Positions 16,656 through 20,121 of a stretch of DNA of 20,121 bases are shown in pieces. Position 1 is the first letter of the stretch. Each line of letters starts with the position of its first letter. A model generated the notes under the pieces. It worked only from the letters and a program-made list of their open reading frames with translations. It did not search any database and had not been told where the DNA came from. Location of the stretch: the NCBI GenBank assembly GCA_044229145.1, contig JBGATO010000063.1:1-20121 (forward strand), given 5' to 3'. The position numbers and the translations under genes are program-made. The DNA is from Candidatus Eiseniibacteriota bacterium (GTDB taxonomy: Bacteria; Eisenbacteria; RBG-16-71-46; CAZEPH01).

Positions 16656-16682
16656 GGAACTCTCTCCCGCAGAGGGCGGTTG
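16656..16682 (+). promoter_or_regulatory. Putative ECF promoter (GGAAC-N18-GTTG) with no downstream ORF
   Basis: gGGAACtctctcccgcagagggcgGTTG; shares GGAACT and GGGCGGTTG, at identical spacing, with the 5879-5905 site. Confidence 0.62.
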
Positions 16683-16689
16683 TGTGCGT

Positions 16690-16784
16690 GGGCAAGCACA
16701 CAAGTCGCACCTCAGGGTGTGGACTCGGGGCTCACGTTCAGAGAGGGGGAACGAGGGCGCCAGGTGTGCTTGCCTCTTTCTTTT
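16690..16784 (+). ncRNA. Candidate small RNA (~95 nt, three-way junction with U-rich tail)
   Basis: 5' GGGCAAGCACAC (16690-16701) pairs with GTGTGCTTGCCT (16764-16775), enclosing two hairpins (16703-16725, 16728-16761); followed by CTTTCTTTT; begins 7 nt after the promoter GTTG. Confidence 0.55.
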
Positions 16785-16812
16785 CCCCCGGCGGCTCCCC
16801 GCCGCCACGCCG

Positions 16813-18198
16813 CTAGAACCGCGTCACGCCCGTGAAGCGGAAGCCGCGCACCCGCAGCGCCGGCGCCACGACACCCGCCGTGAGATGCGCCTCGCGCCCC
16901 ACCATGTCGGCGCGGGCGAGCATGTCCAGCACGCCCATGTTGTAGCGCAAGTTTCGCACGCCACCGACCACGCGGCCGTTCTCGATCCAGAAGGTGCCGT
17001 CGCGCGTCATGCCGGTGAGGATCGTCTTGAGCGGGTCGACGACACGGTTGTACCAGAAGCGCGTAACCAGGATGCCGCGTTCGGTGGCGGCGATCATCTC
17101 GTCGAGGCTGGCGTCGCCGGGCGCGACGACGAGGTTCGTCGGCGTCGGGCCGAGCGCGCTCGGTTGCAGCAGCGAGTGGCCGGTGCTCTCGACGCCGGCG
17201 GCCGCAGCGGTCTGCGTGTCGTGCACGACGGCGCGGCCGACGCCGTTCTCGATCAGCGCGACACGCTGGCGCGGCACACCCTCGAGGTCGAACGGCGAAC
17301 CGAGCGCCAGCGGATGGAACGGATCGTCGGCGATCGAGATACGCGCGCCGGTGACCTGCTCGCCCAAGCGTCCGCTCAAGAAGCTGCGGCCCTCGGCGAA
17401 CGCCTGCGCGCTGAAGCCGAGCATCGCCAGGAAGGCGACCATCTCGCCCACCGCGTTCGGCTCGAGGATGACGTCGTACTCGCCGGCCGGTACCTCGCGC
17501 GGCGCGGCGGAGCCGACCGCCTTCGCCAGGATGCGCTCGCCGACCGCCGCCGGGTCGAGCGCCGCGGCGTCGCGGACGTGTTGTTCGCCCCAGCCGCTGC
17601 TGTCGGGCGCGGTGACGGTGAGCGAGAGCGAGGCGTGCGCCCCGCTGTGGTAGGCGAAGACGCCGCGCGAGTTGGCCACCGCGACGTGCTGCAGGGTGCG
17701 CGCGACGAAGCCGCTGGCGGTGAAACCGTGCCGGGCGGCCGGCGCGATGAGCGCGGCGGCGTGCGCGGCGCGCCGTTCGGGGTCGAGCGCGAGCGTGGCG
17801 TCGCGCAGCGCGTCGATCGGCGGCGCCGGACGGGGCGCGGCCATCGGCGCGCGGCCAGGATCCGCCGGCATCACGTCGGCCGCCTCGCGGGCGCGCTGCA
17901 GCAGCGCCGCGCACGACTCGGGATCGTGCGCGTTGCCGCTCGTGCTGCCGACACGCCCGCCGCGCACCACGCGCACCGCGAGCACGTGATCCGCCTCGCT
18001 GACGTTCTGGTGGATCTCATTGTTGGCGAAGCGGGTGAGCGCGGCGTCGTGCGCCAGCAGGACGACCTCGATCTCCTCGCCGGCGCCGGCCTGCGCGGTG
18101 AGCGCGTCTGTCAACGCGCGCGCCGTCTCCGGCGTCGCGAACGGATCCACCGGAGCGAAGGTCTCGGCCACCGGCCCGCGGTCCACGCTATCCGCCAT
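16813..18198 (-). CDS. TldD/PmbA family protein, PmbA/TldE-like non-catalytic subunit
   Basis: LTRFANNEIHQN, VANSRG, GEYDVILEP.AV, PFDLEGVP, TGMTRDGTFWIENG; no HExxH; ATG 18198 overlaps the end of tldD. Confidence 0.9.
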   Translation of the reverse strand: MADSVDRGPVAETFAPVDPFATPETARALTDALTAQAGAGEEIEVVLLAHDAALTRFANNEIHQNVSEADHVLAVRVVRGGRVGSTSGNAHDPESCAALLQRAREAADVMPADPGRAPMAAPRPAPPIDALRDATLALDPERRAAHAAALIAPAARHGFTASGFVARTLQHVAVANSRGVFAYHSGAHASLSLTVTAPDSSGWGEQHVRDAAALDPAAVGERILAKAVGSAAPREVPAGEYDVILEPNAVGEMVAFLAMLGFSAQAFAEGRSFLSGRLGEQVTGARISIADDPFHPLALGSPFDLEGVPRQRVALIENGVGRAVVHDTQTAAAAGVESTGHSLLQPSALGPTPTNLVVAPGDASLDEMIAATERGILVTRFWYNRVVDPLKTILTGMTRDGTFWIENGRVVGGVRNLRYNMGVLDMLARADMVGREAHLTAGVVAPALRVRGFRFTGVTRF

Positions 18199-19639
18199 AG
18201 CCCACCCCCACCTGCACGCGGCGGAAACGCGCCGGCGACGCACCCTGCGCCGTGCGGCCGACCTGCATCGGCTGGCCCTTGCCGCAGTTCGGCGTGCCCC
18301 AGATGCGCCAGGTCGACGCATCGCCGATGCCGTCGCAGCTGTTCCAGAACTCCGGCGTGATGCCCGTGTACGTCGGGTTCTTGAGCAGCGCGCCCAGCGT
18401 GCCGTGCTTGATCTCCCACGCCGCTTCGCAGCCGAACTGGAAGTTGTAGCGCTTGTCGTCGATCGACCACGAGCGGTTGGTCGTCATGTAGATGCCGTCG
18501 TCGACGTCGGCGAGCAACTCGTCGAACGACCACGAGCCGGGCTCGAGGTTGATGTTGGTCATCCGGATGAGCGGCAGACGCGCCCACGACTCGGCGCGCA
18601 TCGTGCCGTTGGACGCCGCGGCGCCGGTGAGCGCCGCCGTCTCGCGCGACGACATGTGGCCGACGAAGAGTCCGTCGCGCACGATGTCGGCGCGCTGCGC
18701 CGGCACGCCTTCGTCGTCCCAGGCGAAGCTGCCGAGGCCGAACGGCGTCGTCGCGTCGGCGACGATGTGCACCAGTGGCGAGCCGTACTGCAACGCGCCG
18801 ACCTTGTCGAGTGTGAGGAACGACGTCCCGGCGAAGTTTGCCTCGTGGCCAAGCACGCGATCGAGTTCGATCGGATGGCCGCACGATTCGTGGATCTGCA
18901 GCGAGACTTGCGAGCCGTCGAGGACGATGTCGGTGACGCCGGGCGGACACTGCTTCGCGGACAGCAGCGCCACCGCCTCGCTCGCGCATTGCTCCGCGTT
19001 GCCCGGCAAGTCCATCGCGTGCACGAGTTCGTAGCCGCGCGTCTCGAACTGTCCGCCGAAGCTGCACGGATACGAGCGCACCTGCGCCTCGCCGTCGCGC
19101 ACCGCCGTCGCCTTGATGCCGGCGCCCATCTGCACGATGTGCTGCTCGAGGAAGCTGCCCTCGGTGGAGGCGAACGTCTTGCGATCGTCCCACGCCTGCA
19201 TCGAGCCTTCGGCGACGGTGACGCCAGCGACGCGCCGCATCGCCGCGTCCGCCGCGTCGAGCACCGCGAGCTTCTCCGCCAACGGCACCGCGAACGGGTC
19301 GATGACGTGCGGGCTCGTCCACGCGCCGCTCTGCGCGGCGAGCGGCGCCAACACCACCGGCGCGCGCCGCACCTTCGCCGATGCCTGCGCGATGCGCACC
19401 GCGAGCCGCGCCACGCGCTCGGCTTCCGAGGCGCTCAGCGTCGCGCTCGACGCGAAACCCCACGCGCCGTCGGCGATCACGCGCACGCCGAAGCCCGCCG
19501 ATTGCGTGTCGGTGACCGCGGCGACCCGGCCGTTCTTCATCTGCACGGATTCGGCGCGCGAGGTGACCAGCCGCACGTCGGCGTACGACGCGCCGGCGAG
19601 CTGCGCCGCGTTGAGCGCGCGTTCGGCGAGGAATCGCAT
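18188..19639 (-). CDS. tldD: TldD family metalloprotease
   Basis: GASYADVR, GFGVRVIADGAWGFAS, HESCGHPIE (HExxxH), WDDEGVP, RMTNINLEPG, NCGKGQP (Cys ligand). Confidence 0.93.
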   Translation of the reverse strand: MRFLAERALNAAQLAGASYADVRLVTSRAESVQMKNGRVAAVTDTQSAGFGVRVIADGAWGFASSATLSASEAERVARLAVRIAQASAKVRRAPVVLAPLAAQSGAWTSPHVIDPFAVPLAEKLAVLDAADAAMRRVAGVTVAEGSMQAWDDRKTFASTEGSFLEQHIVQMGAGIKATAVRDGEAQVRSYPCSFGGQFETRGYELVHAMDLPGNAEQCASEAVALLSAKQCPPGVTDIVLDGSQVSLQIHESCGHPIELDRVLGHEANFAGTSFLTLDKVGALQYGSPLVHIVADATTPFGLGSFAWDDEGVPAQRADIVRDGLFVGHMSSRETAALTGAAASNGTMRAESWARLPLIRMTNINLEPGSWSFDELLADVDDGIYMTTNRSWSIDDKRYNFQFGCEAAWEIKHGTLGALLKNPTYTGITPEFWNSCDGIGDASTWRIWGTPNCGKGQPMQVGRTAQGASPARFRRVQVGVGYGG

Positions 19640-19647
19640 CGGGCGGT

Positions 19648-20121
19648 CTACCGGTAGTTGGTGAACTGGAGCGGCGTGTCGGCGATTTCGGCGCGCACCA
19701 GCGCCATCACCTTCTGGAGGTCGTCCTTCGCCTTGCCGCTGACGCGCACCTGATCGTCCTGGATCTGCGCGTGGACTTTGAGCTTCGAGTCCTTCACCAA
19801 CTGGACGATCTTGCGGCCGACCTCGCGCTCGATGCCCTGCTTGAGCAGCACCGTCTGGCGCAGCGCGCCCTTGGTAGCCGGCTCCGGGTCCTTGTACTCG
19901 AGCGCGTGCAACGAAATGTTGCGCTTGAACAGCTTGCCCTCGAGCACGTCGACCAGCGCCTTGAGCTTCATCTCATCCTGCGCCAGGAGCGTGAAGCCCT
20001 CCGGCTCGGTGGTCAGCTCGATCTCCGCCGTGACGCCCTTGAAGTCGTAGCGCGCGATGATTTCCTTCTGCGCCATCGCGACGGCGTTCTTCACTTCCTG
20101 CATGTCGACCTTGGAAACGAT
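19648..20121 (-). CDS. yajQ: YajQ family nucleotide/c-di-GMP-binding protein, 5'-truncated
   Basis: Frame open to the window edge: IVSKVDMQEVKNAV..KEI..RYDFKG...VRVSGK.KDDLQ...PLQFTNYR*. Confidence 0.95.
   Translation of the reverse strand: MVSKVDMQEVKNAVAMAQKEIIARYDFKGVTAEIELTTEPEGFTLLAQDEMKLKALVDVLEGKLFKRNISLHALEYKDPEPATKGALRQTVLLKQGIEREVGRKIVQLVKDSKLKVHAQIQDDQVRVSGKAKDDLQKVMALVRAEIADTPLQFTNYR

Noticed and set aside
16653..16703. Hairpins gcggga/tcccgc and ttgtgtgc/gcacacaa as the mgtE terminator
   Set aside because: No U-tract follows either and both overlap the promoter motif; they could form only in mgtE readthrough RNA. Not excluded, but not called.
16690..16784. Identification of the intergenic RNA as tRNA, SRP RNA, 6S RNA or a c-di-GMP riboswitch
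   Set aside because: No T-loop/anticodon cloverleaf, no SRP helix-8 motif, too short for 6S, and no downstream same-strand gene for a riboswitch; judged by eye only.
987..19657. Long alternative-frame and antisense ORFs (e.g. 987..3518+, 6808..8640+, 9891..12653+, 14966..16699-, 18020..19657+)
   Set aside because: Arg/Ala/Pro-rich shadow ORFs overlapping well-supported genes; expected in high-GC DNA with few stop codons.

Overview
High-GC (about 70% by eye) bacterial chromosomal window, mostly minus-strand housekeeping genes. The FlgD-like Ig C-terminal domain on the large secreted protein suggests an FCB-related lineage such as Ca. Eisenbacteria (inference). Left to right: SDR 3' end (+); a ~1030-aa secreted protein (5 Ig/cadherin-like repeats, clan GH-A-like domain, FlgD-like CTD); thiC; an orphan zinc-binding anti-sigma factor; glcF, a hypothetical gene, glcE and glcD (glcD frameshifted, with an apparent deletion); a secreted tandem-PDZ protein; tusA-like, thiS, an alpha/beta hydrolase with an atypical nucleophile and a GNAT; mgtE (+); pmbA/tldE, tldD and yajQ (5'-truncated). 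No mobile element, CRISPR, tRNA or rRNA was seen. The main finding is an ECF-sigma-type promoter motif, GGAAC-N18/19-GTTG, that occurs four times in short intergenic gaps: twice before the anti-sigma gene, once before the giant secreted protein, and once before an unannotated ~95-nt structured element between convergent mgtE and pmbA that looks like a standalone small RNA. Together these suggest an undescribed ECF regulon with an sRNA arm.
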